A DNA stretch of 64,000 bases from Candidatus Undinarchaeales archaeon. Lineage in GTDB: Archaea > SpSt-1190 > JASMDC01. The notes beneath the pieces were generated by a model. That model was not told the origin of the DNA and searched no databases. It saw nothing but the letters and a program-made list of their open reading frames with translations. Positions within the stretch are counted from its first letter, which is position 1, and each line of letters begins with the position of its first letter. Positions 1-10,201 of the stretch are shown here, one piece after another. The DNA lies in assembly GCA_030753015.1 (NCBI GenBank), contig JASMDC010000002.1, forward strand, positions 32,001 to 96,000, given 5' to 3'. Both the position numbers and the translations under genes were made by a program.

Positions 1-1
1 C

Positions 2-3000
2 TTCTGAGGTGCAGGAGCTATCACTGAACACCTCGACGTTGTCGGCTGTCCCGGAATCCTCCAGGTCAGTGTGGGTCTCCCCGGCCACTTTGCCCAGGTG
101 GATCGTGGTGGCCCCGGACACGGTCCGTCCCGACGCCTCGAACAGCCTGTTGTTGGAGCCATCGCAGAACACCGCGTAGAATGTCGACGAGTCGGTCTTG
201 TTCACGTAGAGGTCGTAGTCGTTGGCGGTCTGGGCCGTGGTCATGCTTCCGTCATAGCCGCGGAGGTCGGCATCCACATCGGTGCATCCCTTGCTCGCGG
301 CGGCGAATAGCTTGGCATAGGTCGGCCCGGAGGGGACATCACCGGTGACCTTGTACAGGGGTGTGTAAGCGTACCCACTGCCGCCGGACAGGCTCGACTG
401 CTTGGTGGCGGTGATGATGTTGGTACCGGTACATGAAAGGGACGAGGACGTGATGGCGAGGTACATGTCGGAGATGCCCGTGACATCGACGTACAGCACG
501 TCACCGTTCCCGGAGCCTCCTTCGAAGGTAGCCCCGTTGATGCTCTCGCTGACGAGCGCGGACCCGCCCGGAGCAGAGCAGGCGACAACATAGTCGCTGG
601 TGTCGTCCAGATCATCATGGATGTTCTGCGGGGTCGTTATCCGGGCCACGTCGAACGTCCGGTCGCCGGCGGTGAGGTCGCGGGTGCGCTCGAGGACCTC
701 GGTAGAGCCACCGGTGTCCTCATAGGCGTGGACGAGGACGGCGCTGTCCGCGTTATCGCCGAAGAGCTTGAACGCGCTGGACTGGAATGTGGTGGTCCAG
801 GTATCGTCGCCGTTAGAGTCATAGTCCAGCCCCACCCGCAGAACTCCCGAGGGCATTGTCCCTGCAGCGAGTGTCTCCAGGTCCTGGGTGGAGGCTTGGG
901 CAGTGAGCGTGAAGGCGTGACCGCACTGGACGTACTGACCCGAGTCCACGGACGTGCGGACGTAGAATGGGCTCCCCGTGTCCTCGAACCATATGTAGTA
1001 GTCCGGAGCGGCTGACGTCGGGTTCACAGTCTCGGAGCTAACCGCTGACGCGCAGCCGATAGTGTTGTGGACCTCGATGACGTCGTTGCTACCGGTGCGA
1101 AGGTCGGCGTGCACCTCACCGTGCAGCCGGCCCACATCGATATCGGCAGTACCGATACTGGTAGTGCTCGTCTCTAGAGCCTTGGTCGTGCCGTTGCAGA
1201 ACACCACGTAGTAGGTGGCCCCGTTCTGCCCGTAGACAGCGTAGTCGGCGTTTATCTGGGAGGAGTCGGTCGTCGAGTCCGAGGAAACGTAGATCTGACT
1301 GCCACCACAGGCACCGGTCCCGGGATCGTCCACGAACATGCGGACCGACGGATTACCTTCAGGGATGTCACCTGCGCCCTTGGCTTCGGGTGCGAACGTA
1401 TAATCGCTACCACCAGCGACGCTGAGCTTGATACCTGCCGAAAGACCAGTGGCGGAGCAGGACGAGGCGGAACCGGATACCACGAAGTACGCAGTTGACT
1501 GAGTGACCTCAAAGTACTGGTAGGTGCTCCCGCCCTCATAGCTCGTACCGGTGACAGACTCGCTCGTAAGAACTACCCCGTCAGGTGCCGTGCACGCCAC
1601 GATGAATTGGGAGTTCAGGTCGTCGTGGACCTTGGAAGCACCACCCGAGGCGACACGGGCAACGTCGACGTCCACGGCCGCGCTGATGGAGCTCTGGGCC
1701 ACGCTCTGGAGGCGACGTGTACCACCGTTGCAGAACACAAGCCTGAAGGTGGAGCCGTCGGTCTTGTTCACGTAAAGGTCGTAGTCGTTGTCGCTCTGCC
1801 CTTCGACGAGGGTTCCGTCGTAGCCGGCCATGTCGCCGTCAACGTCGCTGCAACCCTTCCCTATCGCTGAAAAGAGGAGGGCGCGGTCGACTCCGGTCGG
1901 AACGTCACCGGTAAGTTTGTACTTTGGGATGTACCGGTAATGACCGCCAGCGGAAACGCTGGTCTGCTTGGTGGCAGTGAGGAGGGTGGACCCGGTGCAG
2001 TCAAGTGACGCGGAGGAGCTGCCGAAGTAGACCGTCGTCTGGCTCGTAGCATCGAAGTATAGGGTGTTACCGCCCTCATAGGACGTACCGGTGATGTCCT
2101 CGCTCGCGAGCACGGATCCGCCAGGGAGAGTGCATACAACAAGATGGTCGTCGGCGTCGTCCAGGTCGTCATGAAGTGCCTCGCCCGCGGTGACCTTGGC
2201 CACGTCGAACGTCTTGTCACCGCTGTTGATGTTGCGGGTGCGCTCCAGGACCTCGGTTGAACCGCCAGTATCCTCGTAAGCGTGGACGAGGACCGACGTA
2301 TCGGCACTATCACCGTAGAGCCTGTAGGCGCTCGAGGAGAATGATGTCGTCCAGGCGTCGTCACCGTTACTGTCGTAGTCGAGACCGGCTCGTAGGACGC
2401 CTGATGGCACGGTCCCGGACACCTTGCCCTCCGTGTTCTGGACCTTGGCCTGGGATGTAAGTGTGAACGCGTGGCCGCACTGGGTGTATGTGCTGTCCAC
2501 GACGGTACGGACATAGTAGGTACCTCCGGTTGTGTCCTCGAACCAGATCCGGTAGTCCGGGGTACCGGCGGTCGGATTGATAGTCTCGGAGCTGACCATG
2601 CTCGCGCAGTCATTTGCGGAGTGGACCGAGATCGCGTCGTCGCCAGAGCGCAGGTCCGCGTGGACCTCGCCTTGGAGCCGGCCTACATCGATATCGGCGG
2701 TGCCTATGCTGGACGTGGACGTCTCCAGTGCGCGGGACGTGCCGTCGCAGAACACGACATAGTAAGTAATCCCGTTCTGCCCGTATATGGAATAGTCGGC
2801 ATTGGTCTGGCTCGAGTCAGTGGACGTGTCGGATGAGGCGTAGAGCTGGCCGGACGCGTCGCATGCACCTGTCCCGGGATCGGTGAGGAACACGCGGACC
2901 GTCGGATTATCGTTCGGGATATCGCCCGAGCCCTTGGCCTCGGGATCGAAGGTGACCTCCTCGCCGCGGTCCATGTCGCTCTCGGTCCTGGCGGCGGAGA

Positions 3001-6000
3001 GGCCGGTGGTAGCGCAGGAGGAGGCGGACGAGGAGACGGCGAGCACGACGGAGGAATCGTCCGCCGAGACCTCGTAGTACTGGTAGCCGCTATCGAAGGC
3101 TGCGCCGGTGACCGACTCGCTGGAGAGCAGGTTCCCGCTGATGGCATCGCAGGCGACGATGTAGTGGGAGCTGTCCTCGAGGTCGGTGTGGACCTTGCCG
3201 GTCGCGCTGGTGTTGACACCGCCCACGCTGAAGGTCACGTCCGTCGACGATACCGCCTTGGTGCGGACCAGGCGCTTTGTGGACCCGTCGCAGAGCGTCA
3301 TATAGTAAGTGGGGCCCTGTACGACGTATACTGCCAGGTCGTCACTGCCCGTGACGGACGAGGGGAGGGTCTGGCGGGCCTTGGTGGCATCGGACAAGCA
3401 GCCTGCGTCGGAGGTGAACACGCGCACGGTCTTCTCGGCGAGGGATGCGGGCACTTCACCATGCATCTTTGCAGTCGGTGAGAAAGTGACCGCATAGTCC
3501 GAGGATGAGGGCGTGGTGTCGAGGCTGGCCGCCACGAGGACGGAGGCCGTGCAGTCCGTACTGCTGGTGATGACCACGTCGGGAGTCCCCGAGGTCGATT
3601 CGAAGTAGAGGGCGCCGCCGCCGTTGAACGTGCTCGTGGATACCGACTCGGAGCTGAGGAGCGAACCGCCCACGTCCGAGCACGCAACTACCTTGTACGC
3701 GGCACCGGCCAGGTCGGCGTGGAGGCTGCCGGTGACCTTCGCCACGTGGAGTGCGCTATAGCCCGCAGAGCCCTCCGAGCGTGTGCGTCTGAGGAGGTTG
3801 GTGCTACCGTCGCAGAATGCGACATGGTAGGTCGTGCCCCCCTGTTCCACATAGAGCACGGTGTCGTTGGTGATCCCGAGGGGCGAAGCGTGGAGCGTGT
3901 GCTGGGCTACAAGGGCCGTCCCGCTACACCCGAGGTCCGAGGTGAACACCTTGATGGTCTTGCTGGCCAGGCTACCCGGCACCTCACCATAGAGCTTCAT
4001 ACCTGGAGAGAAGGACGCGGAGAGCGTGGCCGGCACAGTGACATCGAGCTTGGCGGCCTTTAGGTTCGTAGCAGCGCACGAGAGAGCGGACGTCGAAATG
4101 ATGACCTCTGGTGTCGCGATGCTCTCGAAGTAAACCCGGGTGCCTGCATTATACTGCGTGCCGGTCACGTCCCTGGTGGAGAGAGCGGAGCCGCCGATGC
4201 CGTTGCATGCCACCACGTGGTAACTGGCATTGGCCAGCTCCGCATGGGCCGTTCCAGTGAACTCGGCGATGCTGAAGGTGGAGTTACCGCTCGGATCGTC
4301 CGCCGCACGATTGTAGAGCTTTGTGGTGCTATCGCAGAAAGCAACGTGGTAGTTATTGCCTGTACCGTTCTGCAGGTAGACCATCATGTCGTTGGAGATC
4401 CCGGTCGGATTGGAATGGAGAGTGTTGTAGGTCACCAGATCGTTGGTGGCACCGCAGTTCTGAGTAGAGTTGAACACCTGGATCGTCTTGCCGCCCATCG
4501 AGGCAGGTACCTCGCCGGAGAACTTGGCCTGGATGGTCACGGAGTTGGCATAGTCGCTGGTGTCGATGTTGTTGTCGATCGCCGCAGCCACGACGTTGGT
4601 CGCCGCGCAGCTCGCTGCGGAACGGCCTACGACAAGGTCCGGGGTTCCAGCGATGGTGGGAGTGGCGTCGTAGTACACCGGGGATGTGTTTATTGCGCCG
4701 CCGTCAACGTCCTTCGAGCTGAGGGCCGAGCCGGCCACGTTATCACACATGGTGATGTGATACGTTGAGTTGGCGATGTCCGAGTGGAGGGTCGCCGAGA
4801 AGATACCCACGTCGAAGTCCACGTCGGCCACCGAGGAGAGGTCCTTCTGCCGCCGCAGGGAGTAGGAGTTGCTGCTGGTGCACACAGTGAAGTAGTAGGA
4901 GCGGCCGCTCTCCAGGAACAGGTCATAGTCGCCCGAGCCCGCAACGCTGGCGGCGATGGCGCCCTTCCCCCAGTACCCGCTGCTGCCGCAGGCGTATGGT
5001 TCGCCGGTGAAGGCCTTGATGTAACCGCTCCCGAGCGTCGATGGCACGTCCCCACTGACCTTGATGTCAGGGTGGAACCCGTTCAGGTAATCACTGGTGT
5101 CGATGGTGACGTCATGGACCGATGTGACCATGTTCGCCTCGGTGCAGTCAGTGGCACTACCCGAAGAGATGAAGAAGTCCGGGGTCCCCGTGGCCTCGTA
5201 GTACTGTGCTCCCGAGATGTCATACGTGCCCACGGTCACGGACTCGCTGTTCAGGGCGCTGCCATCGATGTCGCTGCAGACCACGATGTAGTCACCGCTG
5301 GTTAGCGAGTCATGGAGATTACCTGTGATACGGCCTACGTGGAGGGTGTAGGCGCCCGAGCTCCCGTGCTGCTCCGTGCGCTCCAGGAGCGTGGTGGTCC
5401 CGTCGCAGTAGTTGACGTAGTAGGTGGTGCCGCCTGACTGCATGTACACGGCGGCATCGTTGCTACCGCCCACGGGATCGGCAGGCAGTGTCCCCCGGGC
5501 GACCGTGGCAGCCGAGGAGCAGTCGAGATTGGATGCGTACACCTTGACGGTCTTGCTCGCAAGGGCAGCGGGCACCTCGCCATAGACCTTAGTATCGGGA
5601 TTAAAGGTCGAGACGAAGCTCGCGGGAGCGGAGACGTCCAAGCTGGCGGCCACGAGGTTTGCGGCGGCGCACGAACCAGCGGACGTGGAGATGATCAGGT
5701 CCGGAGTGCCGCCGGTGTCGGCATAGTACACCTTGGTCGATGAGTCGTACTGGGTGCCCGTGACGTCCTCGCTACTGAGGGCAGTGCCTCCGATGTCCGT
5801 GCATGCGACACCGTGATAGCTCCCCGTGGCGAGGTCCGCGTGCGCGTCACCGCCGAAGGAGGCAGCGTCCACCGATGTATCGCTGGAGGGCGTGATCTGG
5901 TACTCGAGGACCTTGGCGTCCCCGCTGGTGCACCATACAAGATAGTAGGTACTGCTGGCGGTGAGATGGACGCTCACGTCATTGTCCACAGTTACAGAGG

Positions 6001-9000
6001 ACACTGTCGTGTTCCTCGCTGCGAGATCGGTCGTGTCCGTGCACCCCTTGCCGGTGGACGTGAAGGCCAGGAGCTTCCCGCTGGCCAGAGCGCTGGGGAC
6101 ATCGCCGTACACCTTCGTGGCCACCGTGAAGGTATGGGTCAGGTCTCCCTCCACAGCCGCGTTGCGCTTCACTGACCTGATGTTGGTGGCAGCGCATGAG
6201 CTGCTCGAGGTCGAGATGAGGAAGTCCGGTGTTGATGTGGCGGTGGTCTCGAAGTACTGGGCCAGAGTATCGTCGTAATCGGCAGCGGTGCGCGTGAACG
6301 AGGAGATGAGGTTGCCGCCCACATCATCGCACACGAGCATGTACAGCGAGGCGGAGTCCAGGTCGGCGTGGAGGTCACCGGACACCTCACCGACCTCGAG
6401 GTTCACGTCACCTCCGGCCGAGGGCGACTTGGTGGTCATTAAGAGCTTGGCGTTGGGACCCGAGGACTTGCAGAACGAGATGTACACCGAGGTCCCGGAC
6501 TGGACGTATACACGGTAGTCGTCGGTGTCCTCGTTCACATTGGTGTCGACGGTGCCCTTAGCGATCCAGGGCGTCATGCTGCACCCCGTGCCTGAGTTAG
6601 TGGTTGCGGTCACCAGCACCGTGCCGGCCCCGAATGTCCCGGTAAGGTCGCCCGTGTACTTGACGTTCGGCTGGAGCTCGTTGACATAGTCGGATGTGTC
6701 CAGCGTCACGTCCAGGATGGCGGCGACCACGTTCGCCTGGGCGCAGCTGCCGGATGACGAGGTGATGACGAGGTCGGGCGTGCCAGTGGACTGGAAGTAC
6801 ACGTAGGTGCTGCCGCCGTCGTATGTCTGAGCGTTGGTGTTAACGGTGTTGAGGGCAGAGCCGCCCAGGTCACTGCACGCGGCGATGTAGTTTGACGTCG
6901 TGGCAAGATCGTTGTGGATGTCCCCGTGGATCCCCTGGATGCTGAAACTGACGCTCTCTCCCGCATCGTCGATGGTCGCGCTCCCGTAGTAGACCTTGGT
7001 GCTGCTCTCACAAGCGTAGAGGTACCGGGCCGATGCATCCGGTAGCAGGTAGACGGAGTACGTACCATAGCTCCCACCGCTGACGACCGTGGCCGAGTTC
7101 ACCACGGATGCCCCGCAGGCGTCTCCGGTCCCGGTGTGGACCTCGATGGTGTCGCCCACGAGGGAGGTGGGGACATTGCCTGTCAGAACGGCCACGTTCC
7201 ATTCCGTGTCCGAGCTCACCGTCTTCTGTTCTTCGAGCACCGGTGATGTGTGGGTGGCGTCCGTGTCGGCCTTGAGGTACATGGGCGTCGTACCATCGTG
7301 ATAGAAGCGGTACTTATACCCGCTGCCGGTGTTCGTGATGGCGCCACGGTAGAGCGTGTCGTCCGTCTCGTCGGCCTCGTCGTCCATCCACACCGAACCG
7401 GACGTTGTAATGGCTGTAGGGACCTGGCCGTACGTCAGGATGTCGAGGTCCACGGTCGTGGTAGTCCCATTGCCCGACGAGAAGAACACGTACCCGACAT
7501 AGACCTTCGTCGACACGGTGGACGTCGTGCGCAGGTAGTACTTACCGTCGGTGGCGTTGGAACGGAAGTAGGCCGTGTAATCATCACCCCCGCTGCTCGT
7601 GATGCTCTGGGTCGCTGTGTCGACTTGTGCTGTCGCCGCCAGGTCGTCGAACACGTCCACGACACCCGCTGTCTCCAGCTCGCTGTGCGCCTCGCCCTTC
7701 ACGGCCGCCACGTTGACGGTCACCGTGTTCGCCTCCTTGCTGGTGTGGGTCTCGATGATGTGGAGCGCCTCGGTGCCACCGTCGCAATAGTAGATATGGT
7801 ATATCCCGTTGGAGCTCTCGTCGATGGTGACCGAATAGTCGTTGCCTGAGCCGTTTTCGGCCGGTTCGGTGACGTAACCTATAGCGTCGCTGTGGCACTT
7901 GCTGGTAGCCGTCGAGTTGCAGGGCGTATCCGCAGCAGAGCTGAATATGCACACGGCGTCGTTGGAGCTGGTGCTACCTTCGAGTGTCGTGGGGAGCTCG
8001 CCCTGGATGGTATCGTCCTGGGGTACTAGGAGGAACTGGCGATAGATCCGGAAGGTCATGTCCTTTGCAGAATCGGCGGTCCAGGCGGACCCACCGTCGG
8101 TGCTGCCTACATATGTCCCGTCAGAGTATGCGTTCGAGTCCGCCTTGGAGATGAGGTAGCTGTTGTCGGCGTCGGCAGAGACGGGCGAGTAGGCCATCAG
8201 CGCGTAATCCACGCCCGTTGAGAGCTGGGTGAGGTTGTTACCGATGTATACAATGAAGTGGGGATTCTGCTTGTCCGTGAACGAATCTTGGCCCCATCCT
8301 GAACCGGTGTCCCTGGACTTGTCACCCCGGGTGTAACAAGTGGTATCACTGAATCCGCATGCAGAGTGCCATCGGTACTCGTGACTAGAATCACAGCTAT
8401 CAGCTTCTAGGACGATAGCATACAGATGGCCTGCGCGTACCACCGTCGGTGTATCGAACTCGAAATCTACCTCAGTGAAAGCGCTTGCACTGTAATCCCC
8501 GATGTTCGCGTCGTCCAATGATTTTGAGGTAAGAGCGGTCCCAGTGGGCATACCATTCGAATCGGCATTCCAGATCGAAACGTTCAAGGGAGACTCGCAA
8601 TGCGTGTCATAATGGGTGACCGTGAGACGCACTTTCGTGAGGTTGCCCGTGCGGCCCGGTTTGAAAGCTTGGGCGTACTTGCTGTTCGTGTAGATGTCAA
8701 TACCACCAGCCCCTGCGGGGGGTGTCGTGGACGTGGCGAGGGGATCCTTCTCGGTCACGTCCAGACGAGAGACCTCCCAAGCGCTCGAGGTATCGACGTC
8801 CCCCGGGAGGACCGGGAGACCGGCAGCGATGAATGTACCGCTGGGTTTGCCAGCGGTCACGCTCTGGATCTCGAAAGCGAGGTTGCCGACAGGTGTACCT
8901 GTCTTCTTCACATGGAAGCTCATGCGGGACAGGTCGGCCGTCTCGTCCATGCGGAATATCTGTGAGAACCAGTTGTCCCCGTGCACTGCGACGGTAGTAT

Positions 9001-9628
9001 CGGCTGTGGTCTGGCTTGCAGCAACGATGTTCTCACGCGTCTTCTCAAGGTATACCTTGATCGCCATGTCATCGTCGGCTGCAGCACCCCAGTTCCATGA
9101 GGTCCCCAAACCCCTGGTGACCATGTTACCACCACTGTAGGGATCCGTCTCGTCCTGGTAACAGATCATATACTCGGTGCTGATATCGCCCCGGGAGCTG
9201 CGGTAGATGACGATGGCGTACTTAACGTCCTCGCTGACCTCGGCCAGGTCGGAGGAGAAATCGACCTCGACCCATGCCTCAGATCCGGAACATGTATAGT
9301 CGAGGGTGATGGCCGGGAAGTCCGAGTATGTCACGGTCGCCGTGGAAAGGATAGTCTCCGTTGGATAATTGGTCTCCGCGTCCACGCTCCGTATCTGTAC
9401 CGTGAGGTCCTGCCATGAGCCAAGTCCGCTGTTCCTTGCCCCCTTCAAGTAGATCTTGGTGACGTTACCCGTGATGGTCGGTGTGAATAGCATAGATCGA
9501 TCGTTCCTCTTGTCCACACCAATGGCGGCATCGGCCGATGTCTGCTGGACGTCGAGCTGTTCGGCGCTAACAAGGCAGAACACGAGCCCAAGGACGAGGA
9601 GAGCGCTGAGGACTAGTCGGTCCGTCAT
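2..9628 (-). CDS. Giant secreted/cell-surface repeat protein, 3' end truncated by the window edge (>=3209 codons)
   Basis: ATG at 9628 with a GGGAGG SD. Signal peptide MTDRLVLSALLVLGLVFCLVSA. Hand translation of 9628-7350 is open, and the same frame at the left edge still reads ...GTADNVEVFSDSSCTSE. The ORF track omits it, consistent with no stop inside the window. Three N-terminal beta-rich domains are followed by about 14 Ser/Thr/Asp/Tyr-rich repeats of ~175 aa. Confidence 0.9.
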   Translation of the reverse strand, partial: MTDRLVLSALLVLGLVFCLVSAEQLDVQQTSADAAIGVDKRNDRSMLFTPTITGNVTKIYLKGARNSGLGSWQDLTVQIRSVDAETNYPTETILSTATVTYSDFPAITLDYTCSGSEAWVEVDFSSDLAEVSEDVKYAIVIYRSSRGDISTEYMICYQDETDPYSGGNMVTRGLGTSWNWGAAADDDMAIKVYLEKTRENIVAASQTTADTTVAVHGDNWFSQIFRMDETADLSRMSFHVKKTGTPVGNLAFEIQSVTAGKPSGTFIAAGLPVLPGDVDTSSAWEVSRLDVTEKDPLATSTTPPAGAGGIDIYTNSKYAQAFKPGRTGNLTKVRLTVTHYDTHCESPLNVSIWNADSNGMPTGTALTSKSLDDANIGDYSASAFTEVDFEFDTPTVVRAGHLYAIVLEADSCDSSHEYRWHSACGFSDTTCYTRGDKSRDTGSGWGQDSFTDKQNPHFIVYIGNNLTQLSTGVDYALMAYSPVSADADNSYLISKADSNAYSDGTYVGSTDGGSAWTADSAKDMTFRIYRQFLLVPQDDTIQGELPTTLEGSTSSNDAVCIFSSAADTPCNSTATSKCHSDAIGYVTEPAENGSGNDYSVTIDESSNGIYHIYYCDGGTEALHIIETHTSKEANTVTVNVAAVKGEAHSELETAGVVDVFDDLAATAQVDTATQSITSSGGDDYTAYFRSNATDGKYYLRTTSTVSTKVYVGYVFFSSGNGTTTTVDLDILTYGQVPTAITTSGSVWMDDEADETDDTLYRGAITNTGSGYKYRFYHDGTTPMYLKADTDATHTSPVLEEQKTVSSDTEWNVAVLTGNVPTSLVGDTIEVHTGTGDACGASVVNSATVVSGGSYGTYSVYLLPDASARYLYACESSTKVYYGSATIDDAGESVSFSIQGIHGDIHNDLATTSNYIAACSDLGGSALNTVNTNAQTYDGGSTYVYFQSTGTPDLVITSSSGSCAQANVVAAILDVTLDTSDYVNELQPNVKYTGDLTGTFGAGTVLVTATTNSGTGCSMTPWIAKGTVDTNVNEDTDDYRVYVQSGTSVYISFCKSSGPNAKLLMTTKSPSAGGDVNLEVGEVSGDLHADLDSASLYMLVCDDVGGNLISSFTRTAADYDDTLAQYFETTATSTPDFLISTSSSSCAATNIRSVKRNAAVEGDLTHTFTVATKVYGDVPSALASGKLLAFTSTGKGCTDTTDLAARNTTVSSVTVDNDVSVHLTASSTYYLVWCTSGDAKVLEYQITPSSDTSVDAASFGGDAHADLATGSYHGVACTDIGGTALSSEDVTGTQYDSSTKVYYADTGGTPDLIISTSAGSCAAANLVAASLDVSAPASFVSTFNPDTKVYGEVPAALASKTVKVYASNLDCSSAATVARGTLPADPVGGSNDAAVYMQSGGTTYYVNYCDGTTTLLERTEQHGSSGAYTLHVGRITGNLHDSLTSGDYIVVCSDIDGSALNSESVTVGTYDISGAQYYEATGTPDFFISSGSATDCTEANMVTSVHDVTIDTSDYLNGFHPDIKVSGDVPSTLGSGYIKAFTGEPYACGSSGYWGKGAIAASVAGSGDYDLFLESGRSYYFTVCTSSNSYSLRRQKDLSSVADVDFDVGIFSATLHSDIANSTYHITMCDNVAGSALSSKDVDGGAINTSPVYYDATPTIAGTPDLVVGRSAASCAATNVVAAAIDNNIDTSDYANSVTIQAKFSGEVPASMGGKTIQVFNSTQNCGATNDLVTYNTLHSNPTGISNDMMVYLQNGTGNNYHVAFCDSTTKLYNRAADDPSGNSTFSIAEFTGTAHAELANASYHVVACNGIGGSALSTRDVTGTQYNAGTRVYFESIATPEVIISTSALSCAATNLKAAKLDVTVPATLSASFSPGMKLYGEVPGSLASKTIKVFTSDLGCSGTALVAQHTLHASPLGITNDTVLYVEQGGTTYHVAFCDGSTNLLRRTRSEGSAGYSALHVAKVTGSLHADLAGAAYKVVACSDVGGSLLSSESVSTSTFNGGGALYFESTSGTPDVVITSSTDCTASVLVAASLDTTPSSSDYAVTFSPTAKMHGEVPASLAEKTVRVFTSDAGCLSDATKARQTLPSSVTGSDDLAVYVVQGPTYYMTLCDGSTKRLVRTKAVSSTDVTFSVGGVNTSATGKVHTDLEDSSHYIVACDAISGNLLSSESVTGAAFDSGYQYYEVSADDSSVVLAVSSSASSCATTGLSAARTESDMDRGEEVTFDPEAKGSGDIPNDNPTVRVFLTDPGTGACDASGQLYASSDTSTDSSQTNADYSIYGQNGITYYVVFCDGTSRALETSTSSIGTADIDVGRLQGEVHADLRSGDDAISVHSANDCASMVSSETINPTAGTPDYRIWFEDTTGGTYYVRTVVDSTYTQCGHAFTLTSQAKVQNTEGKVSGTVPSGVLRAGLDYDSNGDDAWTTSFSSSAYRLYGDSADTSVLVHAYEDTGGSTEVLERTRNINSGDKTFDVAKVTAGEALHDDLDDADDHLVVCTLPGGSVLASEDITGTSYEGGNTLYFDATSQTTVYFGSSSASLDCTGSTLLTATKQTSVSAGGHYRYIPKYKLTGDVPTGVDRALLFSAIGKGCSDVDGDMAGYDGTLVEGQSDNDYDLYVNKTDGSTFRLVFCNGGTRRLQSVAQSSISAAVDVDVARVASGGASKVHDDLNSQFIVACTAPDGVVLTSESVTGTSYEGGSTYQYFEVTQSTAYFVVSGSASSCSATGLSAGIKLSVAGGSDYTFAPEAKGAGDIPEGNPSVRMFVDDPGTGACGGSQIYVSSDSTTDSSQINADYAVYGQNGATYYVVFCNGTTKALETSTTSIGTADIDVGRLHGEVHADLRTGSNDVIEVHNTIGCASAVSSETVNPTSAAPDYYIWFEDTGSPFYVRTSVDSGQYVQCGHAFTLTAQASTQDLETLAAGTMPSGVLRVGLDYDSNGDDTWTTTFQSSAFKLFGDNADSAVLVHAYEDTGGSTEVLERTRDLTAGDRTFDVARITTPQNIHDDLDDTSDYVVACSAPGGSALVSESINGATFEGGSGNGDVLYVDVTGISDMYLAITSSSLSCTGTNIITATKQSSLSGGSGYAYTPLYKVTGDVPSGPTYAKLFAAASKGCTDVDADLRGYDGSMTTAQTANDYDLYVNKTDSSTFYAVFCDGSNNRLFEASGRTVSGATTIHLGKVAGETHTDLEDSGTADNVEVFSDSSCTSE
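60..7000 (-). repeat. Degenerate tandem coding repeat, ~530 bp (~175 aa) unit, about 14 copies
   Basis: A GxxHxDL-like motif recurs near 6920, 6368, 5840, 5310, 4785, 4245, 3720, 3188, 2660, 2170, 1630, 1110, 615 and 70, each with similarly spaced Cys residues. Confidence 0.85.
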
Positions 9629-9630
9629 GG

Positions 9631-10194
9631 TTATCCCTCCCTTCCGACGCGGGCCAGAAGCTCGGACTTACGGTCGAAGAACTCGGCGATGAACATATCC
9701 CTTGGGAAGGTCCAGTCCCAGTCCAGTGGATTCTGCGCGGGGATGATCCCCAGCACATTGAACCGCTCGGGCTCGGTAGTCCAGATCACGTCGATATTGT
9801 TCTCGCGGGCTGTCACGGCAAGGATGCAGTCCTGGATGGCCGATCCGATCAGTCCCTTCTCCTTGGCGATGTAGAGCGCCTTCATAATCGTCATCTGCGA
9901 GGGGGCGACGAGGGTGAGGGTCTGGCTCTTCCATAGGGCCTCGATCCGCTCGTACACCGCGTCCGTGGGGGCAGCGACCTCCATGAGTCGGGGATCGGTG
10001 AGCGCGGCGTAGAACTCGGCGAGGCTCTGGGTGGACACGTAGCCATTGATAAGACCTTGGAGCACGGAGATGGTGATGGCCAGGCTCTTGTTGTAGTGGG
10101 GCGTGTCGGCCATCTCTGAGTACACCCAGATGCCCGTATCGATGAGCACCTTCTTGTCGGCGAACTCGCACTTGTTCACGGACACGCCGTTCAC
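9631..10194 (-). CDS. PIN-domain protein (VapC-like ribonuclease) with C-terminal extension
   Basis: VLIDTGIWVY, SLAEFY and IQDCIL match the PIN acidic-residue pattern. Start placed at the GTG just after the AbrB stop; the track ORF starts at 10224. Confidence 0.8.
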   Translation of the reverse strand: MNGVSVNKCEFADKKVLIDTGIWVYSEMADTPHYNKSLAITISVLQGLINGYVSTQSLAEFYAALTDPRLMEVAAPTDAVYERIEALWKSQTLTLVAPSQMTIMKALYIAKEKGLIGSAIQDCILAVTARENNIDVIWTTEPERFNVLGIIPAQNPLDWDWTFPRDMFIAEFFDRKSELLARVGREG

Positions 10195-10201
10195 GCGGAT
10201 G

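Noticed and set aside
60-7000. Repeats considered as a CRISPR array or DGR template/variable repeats
   Set aside because: Units are ~530 bp, in frame and degenerate at many positions. There is no short repeat-spacer structure, no evident adenine-specific pattern, and no cas or reverse transcriptase gene in the window.
71-9760. Dozens of short ORFs on both strands in the ORF track
   Set aside because: They are shadow frames of the single giant minus-strand gene, with Arg/Pro/Ser-rich, non-protein-like composition.
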